DNA of 64,000 nucleotides, taken from positions 4,712,001 to 4,776,000 of the forward strand of contig JAWMAR010000070.1 of NCBI GenBank assembly GCA_036785375.1. The letters run 5' to 3'. Positions within the stretch are counted from its first letter, which is position 1. Every line of letters begins with the position of its first letter. Below the pieces are notes generated by a model, which saw only the letters and a program-made list of their open reading frames with translations, ran no database searches and was not told the origin of the DNA. Shown piece after piece: positions 63,311 to 64,000 of this stretch. A program made the position numbers and the translations under genes. The DNA is from Leucoraja ocellata. Taxonomy: Eukaryota.

Positions 63311-64000
63311 TCCTTTGAAGGTTTTGATAGGAAAGGTTTGTAGGGACAGGGGTCAAATGCAGGCCTGGTTTTTATGGTGGTGCAGCCATAAAGTTGCTGC
63401 CTTACATGGTATAACAGCGCCACATAACCAGGTTCGATCCTGGCTACAGGTGCTTGTCTGTACATAGTCTGTACTTTCTCCCAGTGACCTGCATAGGTTT
63501 TCCTTGAGAACTTCAGTTTCCTCCCACACTCCAAAGCCATACAGGTTTGTAGGTTAATTGGGTTGGTGTAAATGTAAACATTTGTGTTGCTGTGCAGGGA
63601 TCACTGGACGGTGCAGACACAGTGGGCCGGAGGGCTTGTTTCCCCACTGTATCTCTAAACTAAACTAAACTAAAGAGGGACCAGCGTACATGGGACATCT
63701 TGATCGGCATTGGGCAAGCTGTTTCCCTGCTGTATCACTCTATGATTTTATGAATCACATCCTCAAACTCAGCTTTACCCGGTCTCCAATGCTCAAGTAT
63801 TTGAATACTTCAAGGAGTTTATCTGGTGACGTGAGTTGACATCAGTTCGCATTTGACAATAGACAACAGACAATAGGTGCAGGAGTAGGTCATTCGGCCC
63901 TTCGAGACAGCATCACCATTCAATGTGATCATGGCTGATCATCCACAATCAGTACCCCGTTCCTGCCTTCTCCCCATATCCCTTGACTCCACTATCTTTA

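Overview
This is eukaryotic, repeat-rich genomic DNA. The repeat content (HE1/V-SINEs, CR1, L2, Rex1-like and Penelope-like elements) points to a cartilaginous fish, most likely a skate or ray. I reconstructed by hand three tandem, + strand, spliced genes encoding type I membrane proteins with one V-set Ig domain of the CD300/CMRF35/pIgR-like family (skate MDIR-type receptors). All three share the same exon phases (leader, V domain, stalk, TM, tail) but differ in signalling end. Gene A (290-5570, ~164 aa) has an Arg in the TM and almost no tail, so it looks activating. Gene B (14156-36061, ~253 aa) has a neutral TM and an ITIM / ITSM+YxN / ITIM-like tail, so it looks inhibitory. Gene C (40724-59262, ~244 aa) has a neutral TM and an apparently homologous terminal exon with no tyrosines. 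A perfect tRNA-Lys(UUU) lies 119 nt after the gene B TM exon, next to a SINE and inside a Penelope remnant. The introns also hold Penelope termini with hammerhead-like cores, MITEs, a hAT-type element with target-site duplications, a GC-rich non-autonomous retroelement family with swapped LINE tails, and a recent inverted duplication. Most ORF-track entries are repeat artefacts. Exon boundaries come from splice consensus and frame logic, not transcript data; repeat boundaries are approximate.
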